From Candidatus Woesearchaeota archaeon (GTDB lineage Archaea > Nanobdellota > Nanobdellia > SCGC-AAA011-G17 > JACPIM01): a stretch of 64,000 nucleotides of DNA. Under the pieces are notes generated by a model, which saw only the letters and a list, made by a program, of their open reading frames with translations, searched no databases and was not told the origin of the DNA. The first letter of the stretch is position 1. Each line of letters begins with the position of its first letter. The stretch lies in assembly GCA_964513145.1 (NCBI GenBank), contig CAZELK010000001.1, forward strand, positions 1 to 64,000, given 5' to 3'. This document shows positions 19,233 through 27,978 of the stretch, piece after piece. The translations under genes were made by a program, and so were the position numbers.

Positions 19233-19493
19233 ATGGATCTGTCAGCCACTCAAAGAGAATTATCTGAATTGAGAGCATCAATTGAAGAAGTTAAATCTGA
19301 ACTCACACTTGCTCTGACAAAGGTCAGCGACAAGCTTGCCACTCAGTCTCAGAATTATCTTGAGCTCAGAGCGAAAATAGACAGGCTAAGCAATGTCTGT
19401 GCAGTCGAAGAAGACCAAGCAGATATTTACGGATTTGCCGAGGTGCAACATGAACATAGTAGTCGAAATACTGATATTAATCCTGCTGATTAA
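19233..19493 (+). CDS. Small coiled-coil protein
   Basis: Heptad pattern. Start moved to the second ATG by promoter spacing. Confidence 0.6.
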   Translation: MDLSATQRELSELRASIEEVKSELTLALTKVSDKLATQSQNYLELRAKIDRLSNVCAVEEDQADIYGFAEVQHEHSSRNTDINPAD

Positions 19494-19629
19494 GACCCTT
19501 AATCTAAATGCAGCTTTGATCTGGATCATTTATGCAGTAAGCAAGATTCTCGGCCAATTCTACATCATGTGGGAAGAGGGCCTAAGACAGACGTTCTTGA
19601 CTCATTTCAAGAAGAAAAGCAGACGATGA
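19450..19629 (+). CDS. Small membrane protein with basic C-terminus
   Basis: GAGGTG RBS, long hydrophobic N-terminus, KKKSRR tail. Confidence 0.55.
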   Translation: MNIVVEILILILLIKTLNLNAALIWIIYAVSKILGQFYIMWEEGLRQTFLTHFKKKSRR

Positions 19630-19841
19630 ATATGAAATTCAGGATATCCAGCCAAGGTGGGCTCGTAGTGACGCTTCAAGAACTCGTCGATATGAATAGA
19701 GTGGGATTCAAATACAAAATCAATCATAAAACAAAAGACCTTATTGTGCTCAGGAATTTCCTGACTAAGGAGATTAATCAAAGATTGAGAGGTGCTAACA
19801 ATGGCAAAGAAAATCCTGCAAAGGATCAAAAGCGACCATAA
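19626..19841 (+). CDS. Hypothetical viral protein
   Basis: Overlap-coupled to the upstream gene. Confidence 0.5.
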   Translation: MNMKFRISSQGGLVVTLQELVDMNRVGFKYKINHKTKDLIVLRNFLTKEINQRLRGANNGKENPAKDQKRP

Positions 19842-19896
19842 GATCAGAATCTCATTGTGGGAACGGATCAAGAGGTTTATTCATCGAATAATTTGA
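19801..19896 (+). CDS. 31-aa basic amphipathic peptide
   Basis: GAGGTG RBS, MAKKILQRIKSDHKIRISLWERIKRFIHRII. Confidence 0.4.
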   Translation: MAKKILQRIKSDHKIRISLWERIKRFIHRII

Positions 19897-20317
19897 GGAA
19901 TTCATTAGCCTCCTTGACTTTCTCAGCCATAGGTTTTAAATCCCATAATTGCTGGATAAGTTCGTCTTTGTTCAAGTCATTCATCATAACAAAGTAATGT
20001 TCTTTGTAATCCTTGAGTTTTTCTTTAAGCGGAACTCTCTCGCTTCTGCGTTCTATAAATCCAACATATCGAGGATAATCATAGCCAGATGTGTCCACAA
20101 GCAAGAGTTCATCTTCTTCTATTAGTTGCACTCTCCAAAATTGGTGCCCTGAAAGGTCTGCTTTGCTCAATGCTTCCCAAGAATCAAAAACTGCTTCGTT
20201 CACGTCAGTGCTCTTAGTGATCTCAGGTAGTTCTGCAAGAGTAATCTTGGCTGTCGCTTGCTTTTTGATATCGTTCAGATCCACTGGCTTTCTCGCCATC
20301 AGTATTCGTTTATTCAT
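19877..20317 (-). CDS. Hypothetical viral protein (VDTSGYDYPRY motif)
   Basis: GGAGG RBS, motif familiar from mobile-element proteins. Confidence 0.6.
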   Translation of the reverse strand: MNKRILMARKPVDLNDIKKQATAKITLAELPEITKSTDVNEAVFDSWEALSKADLSGHQFWRVQLIEEDELLLVDTSGYDYPRYVGFIERRSERVPLKEKLKDYKEHYFVMMNDLNKDELIQQLWDLKPMAEKVKEANEFLKLFDE

Positions 20318-20351
20318 GTTATATACCTCCTCTATTCTTTTCTTATTATTT

Positions 20352-21236
20352 TTAGTCCAGCGTTGCTTTCTTGATAGTGTGCTTTGAGAACAGCTGGTTT
20401 TGCATGAGCGCTAATGCTTCTTCTTCAGCTATTTTTGTCGGGGCAGTGCAAGCCTCTTTTTGCGGTGTAATCACCACCTTGACAAGTTCAGTGAGCTGCT
20501 TAATCTGATCTTTCAAATCGCTGATCTCTACAGTATGTTGCTCTTCTGTTGTATTGAAGACACTCTCAACGATATCTCTTTTTGCTTTCATGCTGGTTTT
20601 GATGTATCGCTCTGTGCTTCTCAAATTCTTGTGCCTGCCGCAGATCTGTGCAGCAAAAACACCTTTCTTATCGCATATCTTTTGGAGATAATAGTGCCTT
20701 AGTGTATGGTAACTTAGCACAGAAAGTTTATGGCCTGAGTTGGATGTTGAGTACTTATGATCCAGTCCAGCCTCTTTTCTGATTCTCATTACTCTTGTTC
20801 GTATCGTTCCTGGACTCAGGTGCTTGTGTCCTGCATTGCCATACTTTCCAGTGAGAGGTGGCCTGCCGCAGTGCCACATTCTTCCATACCTCTGTCGCCA
20901 GAAAATATAGTTATCCGACAGCACTATCTCTGATTTGTAAGTAAGGATGTGGTCTTTTAACCGTTCAAGCATGAAGTCAGGAATGATGATCTTCTCGAAC
21001 CTTTCTTTATTCTTCTGCTCGGGAAGCAGCAATGTCTTTTCAACAAAATCAATGTGGTCAACTTTTATCCTGCAGGTCTCAATGCTTCTTAATCCGAGCT
21101 CACTCGCACAATAGAAGATGTTCTCCCAAAACTTGACATAGTCAGTGTCGTATCTTGATTCGACGTCTCTGACGGCTTGCATGTACATATTGAATTGCGC
21201 TTCTGTTATTGATTTTGCTTTTGCTTCGTGTACCAT
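20352..21236 (-). CDS. Tyrosine recombinase, copy 1
   Basis: GLR, QKN, YHTLRH, GRH and TERY: R-K-H-R-H-Y set present. Confidence 0.85.
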   Translation of the reverse strand: MVHEAKAKSITEAQFNMYMQAVRDVESRYDTDYVKFWENIFYCASELGLRSIETCRIKVDHIDFVEKTLLLPEQKNKERFEKIIIPDFMLERLKDHILTYKSEIVLSDNYIFWRQRYGRMWHCGRPPLTGKYGNAGHKHLSPGTIRTRVMRIRKEAGLDHKYSTSNSGHKLSVLSYHTLRHYYLQKICDKKGVFAAQICGRHKNLRSTERYIKTSMKAKRDIVESVFNTTEEQHTVEISDLKDQIKQLTELVKVVITPQKEACTAPTKIAEEEALALMQNQLFSKHTIKKATLD

Positions 21237-21484
21237 TTTGCAAAGTCACCTCCGCAGCATTCATCCATGAGTGCCCTGCCAACTTCTATGAGAAAAGCAT
21301 CCTTTGGCACTTGCACATTGATAAAACCAAAACAAAATCGTGCTTCTTTTTCTCTTAATTCGATGTCAAAATCGCCCTCTGATTTGACGGTGATCCTCTT
21401 TTGATTCTCAGCGTCCCAAAGAGGTGCTTTATTGAAATCTTCTGTTAAGAGAAATATTTCAACGCTCTGCTTGCATGTGGGCAT
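21206..21484 (-). CDS. Hypothetical viral protein
   Basis: Coupled in the minus-strand operon. Confidence 0.5.
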   Translation of the reverse strand: MPTCKQSVEIFLLTEDFNKAPLWDAENQKRITVKSEGDFDIELREKEARFCFGFINVQVPKDAFLIEVGRALMDECCGGDFAKWYTKQKQNQ

Positions 21485-21834
21485 TACAGATCACCCCACA
21501 GTTTCTTCCGTAGTTCCTTTGTATAGCTGACGAGTTCGTCTGTGGTTACGCTTGTGCCAGAGAGAATGCTTGCAGCTGCTTTCAAGCAAACCTGAAGATG
21601 AATGTCATCAGTTACCGGGTCTGATCTGCGTTCAGGTTCTTTCTTGGTGTTTTCTGCAGTCTTTATTGTTACGATGTTTTTGTACTTGCCATTGTCCTCG
21701 TAATCAAGCAAGACATAGTCTCCTTTCTGAACAGGGCAGTTTCCGTAACCGCCAAACCATTGCTTGTTGAGGGCAATGCTGTAGGTCTTGTCTCGCTGCT
21801 TTACTGCGTTGATTGTTCCTTGTTCAGTTTGCAT
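21484..21834 (-). CDS. OB-fold-like protein, possible ssDNA-binding protein
   Basis: Aromatic beta-rich N-terminus plus C-terminal helix LQVCLKAAASIL. Confidence 0.4.
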   Translation of the reverse strand: MQTEQGTINAVKQRDKTYSIALNKQWFGGYGNCPVQKGDYVLLDYEDNGKYKNIVTIKTAENTKKEPERRSDPVTDDIHLQVCLKAAASILSGTSVTTDELVSYTKELRKKLWGDL

Positions 21835-22132
21835 CGTTCTTCACCTCTTTCTTGTCCCATTCAGCAAGGCCAAACATTCCTTTGCCTGCTTTTTTGAATC
21901 TGCCAAGGTTGTCGGTTGTCATTCTGGCAAAGATGCTGTTCTGCGGTGTTGTTCCAGCTGACTTGCTTCGCTTGAGAACTTCTTCTGTTATGGCTTTGTA
22001 GTGCATGGGCTGGCCATGCTCCTTGAGGATTTCATAGCACACTTCTCTGTGCGGCAAAAATCCTTCAGAACTCGTTTCTGGCTGTTTCTCCAGCGATACT
22101 TTTATATCTGTCTTTTTCTTTTTTCCTTTCAT
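21824..22132 (-). CDS. HARE-HTH (HB1/ASXL) winged-helix protein
   Basis: EILKEHGQPMHYKAIT...GTTPQNSIFARM...GMFGLAEW. Confidence 0.75.
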   Translation of the reverse strand: MKGKKKKTDIKVSLEKQPETSSEGFLPHREVCYEILKEHGQPMHYKAITEEVLKRSKSAGTTPQNSIFARMTTDNLGRFKKAGKGMFGLAEWDKKEVKNDAN

Positions 22133-22214
22133 GGATATCTACCTCCGGGTGGATGTTCATCGGGATTGAGCGTTTCTTGATAGGGATTCTCAATCCCGTC
22201 ATGATTACATGACT

Positions 22215-22382
22215 CTAATGGGTTTTACATTGCTCCTTTAGGATCACGTAAACCTCCTTTCCTACATGCTTCTTGGTGTAGGGTATCACTGCTCCGTTTC
22301 CTGAAGCTACTACTGTTTTGACTTCGATGTATTCAGGGTCAACGGTTATGGTTTTTGGCTTTATCTTGACTTTTTCTGTCAT
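22215..22382 (-). CDS. DUF2080-like small regulator (not in track)
   Basis: VVASGNGAVIPYTKKHVGKEVYVIL, GAGGAG RBS. Confidence 0.7.
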   Translation of the reverse strand: MTEKVKIKPKTITVDPEYIEVKTVVASGNGAVIPYTKKHVGKEVYVILKEQCKTH

Positions 22383-22639
22383 TGTTATCTCCTCGTTAAT
22401 TGTCTATACTTTATGAGACTTGGATGCTCTACCTTCTATATAAACCTTGTCCTCAAAAACGCCATTTTGTCGACGGAGAGTGCCCTTTCTGATAAGTGAC
22501 ACTTGTCCTATTTGACAACTCGATGTCAAGTCAATTCCTCTCTTATTCTCTTCACAGAAAACAGGGTTTCCGCCATATCGTTCGGTGGACTTGTCAATGG
22601 GAGATAGGACTTATTAAAACACTGGACGGATAAAAAAGC

Positions 22640-23608
22640 ATGAAGGTAAACAACGGCAGGATGCAATTTGGGCACAGGAATGAAGCCCGTGAGAAAACCA
22701 TAACTGACGAACAGTTAGACAGGTTCATCAAGGCCATAAAGTTTACCGAAGAGGACAAGTACATTTTTTTCTGGGAGAATGTCTATTATGCAGCAGCATA
22801 CCTTGGCCTGAGAAGCGTTGAAACCTGCAAGATCAGAATAGAAGATATTGACTTTGTAGAGAAAACACTCACTCTCCCGGAACAGAAAAACAAAGAGCGC
22901 TATGAAAAGATAATCATACCAGATATCTTACTCGACAGATTCAAGAAACACATAATCACTTACAAGCAAGAGATTATATCCAATGGCATAGAATACACGG
23001 GCGTTAGGGACACAGATACGCTTCGAGGGAATTATTACATCTTCTGGAGGCAACGAGGGCCAAGAGGCGGCAAGACAAGAGAAAAGCATATGGCTACCAA
23101 CACGATAAGAACGCACCTGATAAAAACCAGGAAAGTAGCTGGGCTTGACATGAAATACGGCATGTCAAATACAGGCCATGCACTCTCCATTTTCAGCTAT
23201 CATACACTCAGGCACTACTTCTTACAGAGGATCTGCGATCAGCGCGGAGTGTTCGCAGCCCAGATAACAGGACGCCACAAAAATCTCAGAAGCACAGAAA
23301 GATATCTGACAACATCAATGGTCGCAAAAAGAGATATCGTGAACGGCGTATTCAATGTCAAGGAAGAAACAGCCCCTTACGAAGTATCTCAACTGAAGGA
23401 CGAAATAGCTGAATTGAAGGCCCTCATCAAGGAATCTATGATCATCAGCAATGGAAACTCGCAGAACGTGAAAAACCAGAGCAAAATAGCCATAGAAGAA
23501 GCAGAAAGGGCAATGCAGAACAGAGCACTGTATGAAAGCAGGCAGCTCAGAAAGAGCAAACCCGCAACCAACGAGCACAACGTGATGGTCGGCTCATTGG
23601 AACTGTGA
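22640..23608 (+). CDS. Tyrosine recombinase, copy 2 (probable integrase)
   Basis: Same catalytic motifs, closely paralogous to 20352-21236. Confidence 0.85.
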   Translation: MKVNNGRMQFGHRNEAREKTITDEQLDRFIKAIKFTEEDKYIFFWENVYYAAAYLGLRSVETCKIRIEDIDFVEKTLTLPEQKNKERYEKIIIPDILLDRFKKHIITYKQEIISNGIEYTGVRDTDTLRGNYYIFWRQRGPRGGKTREKHMATNTIRTHLIKTRKVAGLDMKYGMSNTGHALSIFSYHTLRHYFLQRICDQRGVFAAQITGRHKNLRSTERYLTTSMVAKRDIVNGVFNVKEETAPYEVSQLKDEIAELKALIKESMIISNGNSQNVKNQSKIAIEEAERAMQNRALYESRQLRKSKPATNEHNVMVGSLEL

Positions 23609-23650
23609 AGCATCAGAAAAATATTTAATGAAAGAAACTTTTATGTTCTT

Positions 23651-23797
23651 ATGGTCTTGGAAAGGAGGAAGAAGTATCAATGTGAGGAATGCAAGCTTTG
23701 GTACAAAGAGAAATCCTGGGCAGAAAAATGCGAGGCCTGGTGCAAGGAGCATCAAAGCTGCAATATCGAGATCACCAGTCATGCGATAAAACCGTAG
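23651..23797 (+). CDS. Small Cys/His-rich protein (not in track)
   Basis: YQCEECKLWYKEKSWAEKCEAWCKEHQSCNIEI. Confidence 0.7.
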   Translation: MVLERRKKYQCEECKLWYKEKSWAEKCEAWCKEHQSCNIEITSHAIKP

Positions 23798-23860
23798 ACT
23801 TGTCCACTTGACACACTTGACAGGGTGGACACAAGGTTTATATCTGAGTCCAGTTATTAT

Positions 23861-23950
23861 GATTCACAGGTTGCCCTAACCGCAATCATTCCAGAAAGGC
23901 ATGAAAGTGGTTATGACGATTTTGGGGAAAGCGTCATAAATCTATGACGG
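23861..23950 (+). ncRNA. Candidate structured RNA at the element boundary
   Basis: AAGGTTTATAT BRE/TATA at 23833-23843, no ORF, stems AACCGC/GTGGTT and TTATGACG/CGTCATAA. Confidence 0.3.
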
Positions 23951-24077
23951 AAATATAAATGTTTTTATCTTGTAATTACTTTTAAGTAACTAAATACTAT
24001 TGTTTTATATTACCCTTTATTTTTATATACTAAGTTTAAAGGGTAAAATTTAAATAGTTTGAAATGATAATAAATTT

Positions 24078-25073
24078 ATGGTTTATATTTATAAAAAGCA
24101 AATAGGCGACAGATCTTACTATTATTTGAGGGCTTCTGTTAAGAAAGGAGATAGATTAATCACCAAGGATATTGCTTATTTGGGTAGTTCTTTAGAAGAT
24201 ATAAAGAGTAAACTGGAAAATTTGCCCAAATATTCGCAACAAATTAGAAAAGCTTACAGAACAATACAGAATTTTATAGAGTCAAATAGATATTTAGAAA
24301 AAATAAAAGAGCTAAAAATAAAGAAAGATACTTTCCTAAATGAATTAACAGAAAGAGTAGAATCTTGTAAACTTCATTATAATTCAATATTTAATAATTT
24401 TGATGGTGTTACGAAAAGAGAAATTCTTAAGAATTTTGTTGTAGAATTCGCTTTTAATACTACCTCTATAGAAGGAAACACTATAAATATAGAAGAAGCC
24501 AGAAAATTATTAACTGATGGATTAACTCCCAAAGATAAAACACTAAGAGAGATATATGACATTCAAAATACAGAGAAAGTTTTCTTTAGTCTCTTGAATT
24601 TAAAAGATGATATTTCGCATGAGTTTATTATTGATGTTCATAAAAAATTAATGGAAAATATTGATAATAGATTTGGGTATAGAGTCTTAGATGTTAGGGT
24701 TATAAAGTCTAATTTTAAGGCTACACCAGCGCCTTATGTAAAGACAGATATGGGTCTTTTATTAAGGTGGTATAATGAAAATAAAAATTTTTTACACCCC
24801 TTAGTTTTAGCTTCAATATTTCATCACAAATTTGAAAGAATTCACCCTTTTATGGATGGTAATGGCAGAACTGGTAGAATGATATTAAATTATATACTTT
24901 TATTTAATAACTACCCCCCCTTAATAGTCCGTAAAAAATCTAGAGACCTATATTTGAAATCATTAAAATATGCGGACAAGATAGACTTGTTTAAATTAGA
25001 TAATAATTATTTAAACCTTATTAATTTTATAGCAAATCAACTGATTGGAACTTATTGGAATATTTTTCTCTGA
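24078..25073 (+). CDS. Fic domain protein
   Basis: HPFMDGNGRTGR. Confidence 0.9.
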   Translation: MVYIYKKQIGDRSYYYLRASVKKGDRLITKDIAYLGSSLEDIKSKLENLPKYSQQIRKAYRTIQNFIESNRYLEKIKELKIKKDTFLNELTERVESCKLHYNSIFNNFDGVTKREILKNFVVEFAFNTTSIEGNTINIEEARKLLTDGLTPKDKTLREIYDIQNTEKVFFSLLNLKDDISHEFIIDVHKKLMENIDNRFGYRVLDVRVIKSNFKATPAPYVKTDMGLLLRWYNENKNFLHPLVLASIFHHKFERIHPFMDGNGRTGRMILNYILLFNNYPPLIVRKKSRDLYLKSLKYADKIDLFKLDNNYLNLINFIANQLIGTYWNIFL

Positions 25074-25084
25074 TTTTTGTCATA

Positions 25085-27262
25085 TTACTGGGCCAACCCC
25101 TTTCTTACGACATTTAGTATCAATCTTTTCTCGGATTTTGCTATTTTATTTTTAGCTTCATTTACTGATTTTATATTACATATTAAGCTGTCAACACCAT
25201 TTTTTACCAGGAACTCTACGAATTCGGGCTCAAAAATCGTCCTGCCGATTATACTTGTTTCTATATTTAATTTTCTGCAGGTTTTTGTTATATTTGATAT
25301 TTGTTTTAGAACAGACAGGTGGTTCTCATTATATTTTTCATCATTTTCATTTATGTTTAATGTTGCTGCTGTTAATTTTACAAGGTCTATCACAATAAAA
25401 TCTATTTGTTCATCACAAAATTCCTTGATTAATATAGAAGAAGCGGGGGTGTCTATAACAATGCCGAAATCAATTTCTTCAAGAGGCTCTATATTAATTT
25501 CCTTAATTTTCTGCTTCATTACTTTTATCTGAGATATCTCTGTTATTGACGGTATTGCTACACCAATATTATTTATTCCCTTATCTTGAAGTTTTTTTAT
25601 GCTTTTTAATTGAACATCCAATATATTTTCATTGTTTATATTCTGCAGATAATACCATATTGGCTTGTTTTTAAAAAAAGATATTTCTGATTCAATCTCC
25701 TTTGATATCTGGTCTATTAATTCTTCTTTTTCAATTGTCAGATAAAAATCATCCAAATTAATTTTCAACAGACCTACGCCGTCATTTCTTTCTGAATCTG
25801 GCATTATTTCTTCCTTATTGTCAATAATAACTTTTATTTCAGTTGCTGTGTTATAATAATCAATTAATTTATCACCATGTTTTTTTTCAATTTCTTCATA
25901 TATTACTCCAGTATTTCCATCAATTGTCACAAACTGGTCATTTTTTAATATTCTTGTAGAGTCTGTAGTACTTACTATGCATGGAATTCCAAAATCCCTC
26001 GCTATCCTAGCTAAAGGAGAATCTAAATTATCATTGTCAGTTACTACACCAGACAGTTTTTTTAATTTATTTGAGTCAAGAAGATTTAAGTTTATATAAT
26101 TGCATGATTTTATGACTAAAATCTGATTTTCCTTTAAGTTTTCCAATTCTTCATTATTTTTTATTATATTTACATACCCTGATCTTAGACCAAGGCTGGC
26201 ATTTAAACCACGCACCAATATTCTCTGTTCTTTTTTACTTAGTTCTTCTTCAATTTCGTCAGTATATTCTTTTGCATATATGTTTATAATTGGTTTTGAC
26301 TGCAAAAAGAAAACCTTATCTTTATTAATACAAAATTCAATTTCTTGCGGATGTTTGTAAATATTTTCAATTTGCAATGCATAAGATACGACTTTATTTA
26401 TTTCCATGTCTGTTATTTTCTGCTCTTCATTATTGAATAAATTTCTTTTTATATTTTTACCAATATTATCATCTTTTGTAAGCATGAAATCCTGTTTATT
26501 TATTGATTTTTCAATTACTTCTTTTGTAGTTTTATTTATAGTGTATTTATCAGGGATTATAGACCCTGTTGTTATTACTTCGCCCTGACCAAGACAAGCT
26601 TCTATAACTATCTCATTTTTATTATAATCTGGATTTGATGTGTAAACTATGCCTGATTTCTCAGCATCAATCATTTTCTGTATTATTATTGCTGTTCTTG
26701 CATCTGTTAATGGAATCTTATTTTTTATTTTCATATTTAAAGAGTTTGCACTGAACATTGAAGCCCAGCATTTTTGTATTGTTTTTATTAATTCTTCCTT
26801 GCCTTTTATATTCAATGCATTCGGCTGATGATTTAAACTTGAATTTAATGGGGAAGTTCTTACAGCAACATAAGTTGATTCACGGCCTGCTTTTATAATC
26901 TCCAAGGCATTTTTTCCAGCCATTTTGTATACATCAATGTCAACATTAATATTTTCATATGACTCTATTATCTGCTGCTTTAATTTTATTGGCATATTTG
27001 CATTTATTACCAGATTCTGTATTTTTTCTGATGTTGTATAAAGAGAATTTAAGTTATTAATATCTAAACTGCTTAATATTTCCTCGATCTTTGCTTTTAT
27101 TTTTGTTTCTTCCTGAAAAGAATCGAAAACTTCATATGGGATACAAAAGCCATTTGGGACTGGTATATTGTTATTGAAAATTTTACTTATACTTAAGGCC
27201 TTATTCCCGACCTGGTTTAAATTTAAGTCAGAAATCTCCTTGAACCACAGAACATTAGTCAT
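25085..27262 (-). CDS. Degenerate PEP synthase/PPDK-like protein
   Basis: PPS domain order retained, phospho-His motif reads DSPLARIAR. Confidence 0.75.
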   Translation of the reverse strand: MTNVLWFKEISDLNLNQVGNKALSISKIFNNNIPVPNGFCIPYEVFDSFQEETKIKAKIEEILSSLDINNLNSLYTTSEKIQNLVINANMPIKLKQQIIESYENINVDIDVYKMAGKNALEIIKAGRESTYVAVRTSPLNSSLNHQPNALNIKGKEELIKTIQKCWASMFSANSLNMKIKNKIPLTDARTAIIIQKMIDAEKSGIVYTSNPDYNKNEIVIEACLGQGEVITTGSIIPDKYTINKTTKEVIEKSINKQDFMLTKDDNIGKNIKRNLFNNEEQKITDMEINKVVSYALQIENIYKHPQEIEFCINKDKVFFLQSKPIINIYAKEYTDEIEEELSKKEQRILVRGLNASLGLRSGYVNIIKNNEELENLKENQILVIKSCNYINLNLLDSNKLKKLSGVVTDNDNLDSPLARIARDFGIPCIVSTTDSTRILKNDQFVTIDGNTGVIYEEIEKKHGDKLIDYYNTATEIKVIIDNKEEIMPDSERNDGVGLLKINLDDFYLTIEKEELIDQISKEIESEISFFKNKPIWYYLQNINNENILDVQLKSIKKLQDKGINNIGVAIPSITEISQIKVMKQKIKEINIEPLEEIDFGIVIDTPASSILIKEFCDEQIDFIVIDLVKLTAATLNINENDEKYNENHLSVLKQISNITKTCRKLNIETSIIGRTIFEPEFVEFLVKNGVDSLICNIKSVNEAKNKIAKSEKRLILNVVRKGLAQ

Positions 27263-27360
27263 TGTTAACAGAATAATTTCAAATTATATATAAATATTTT
27301 GTTGGTATTTAGATGTAGTATATGGAAACATTAATTACCCAATACTAATTGTAACAATAA

Positions 27361-27978
27361 ATGGATAAATTAATCAGCCATCTTAAAAAAGAAGGCATTT
27401 TTGATATAAATGTCTTAAATGCCATTAGAAATGTATCCAGAGAAAATTTTATTTTGGAATCTTTTAAGCATATGGCTTATGATGACGTGGCTTTGCCAAT
27501 TGTATCTGGACAGACAATTTCACAACCTTATACTGTTGCATTCATGCTTCAGGAATTAGAATTAAAGAAAGGCGACGAAGTCATGGAAATTGGCGCTGGG
27601 TCTGGATGGGGCGGTGCTTTAATTAGTTTTATTACTAAAAATATTGTTTATGCTATTGAATATAATAAAGAAGTTGCTAATTTTGCAATTGAAAATCTGA
27701 AAAAAAACAATATAAAAAATGTAAATGTAGTTATTGGTGATGGAAACAAGGGATATGAAAAAGAACAGCCATATGACAAGATTAATGTTACAGCAGCATG
27801 TTCAAGAATACCTTATGATTTAATCAAGCAGCTTAAAAATAATGGAATACTTTTAGCTCCTGTTGGGAGTTTATTATCACAAGACCTTTTGAAAATTAAA
27901 AAAGTTAATAATGAAATTCAGAAAGAAAATTTAGGCAAATTTGTTTTTGTGCCATTAAAAGGAAAATATGGTTTTTAG
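27361..27978 (+). CDS. pcm: Protein-L-isoaspartate O-methyltransferase
   Basis: GQTISQP, EIGAGSGW, YDKINVTAA. Confidence 0.9.
   Translation: MDKLISHLKKEGIFDINVLNAIRNVSRENFILESFKHMAYDDVALPIVSGQTISQPYTVAFMLQELELKKGDEVMEIGAGSGWGGALISFITKNIVYAIEYNKEVANFAIENLKKNNIKNVNVVIGDGNKGYEKEQPYDKINVTAACSRIPYDLIKQLKNNGILLAPVGSLLSQDLLKIKKVNNEIQKENLGKFVFVPLKGKYGF

Larger units (their letters stand above)
6607..23950. mobile_element. Defective integrated tailed (HK97-fold) archaeal provirus; boundaries approximate
   Basis: Ordered head-neck-tail genes, tyrosine recombinases, many small ORFs, and an abrupt shift to AT-rich DNA after about 23950. No portal, terminase or att repeat found. Confidence 0.8.

Noticed and set aside
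22438-23843. 13-bp inverted repeat ATATAAACCTTGT / ACAAGGTTTATAT as an invertible switch around recombinase 2
   Set aside because: More simply explained as two oppositely oriented BRE-TATA promoters; similar TATA motifs occur in host DNA.
23876-23912. Group II intron domain V or small ribozyme
   Set aside because: Only superficial AACCGC...GUGGU similarity; the helix and bulge geometry and conserved cores do not fit.
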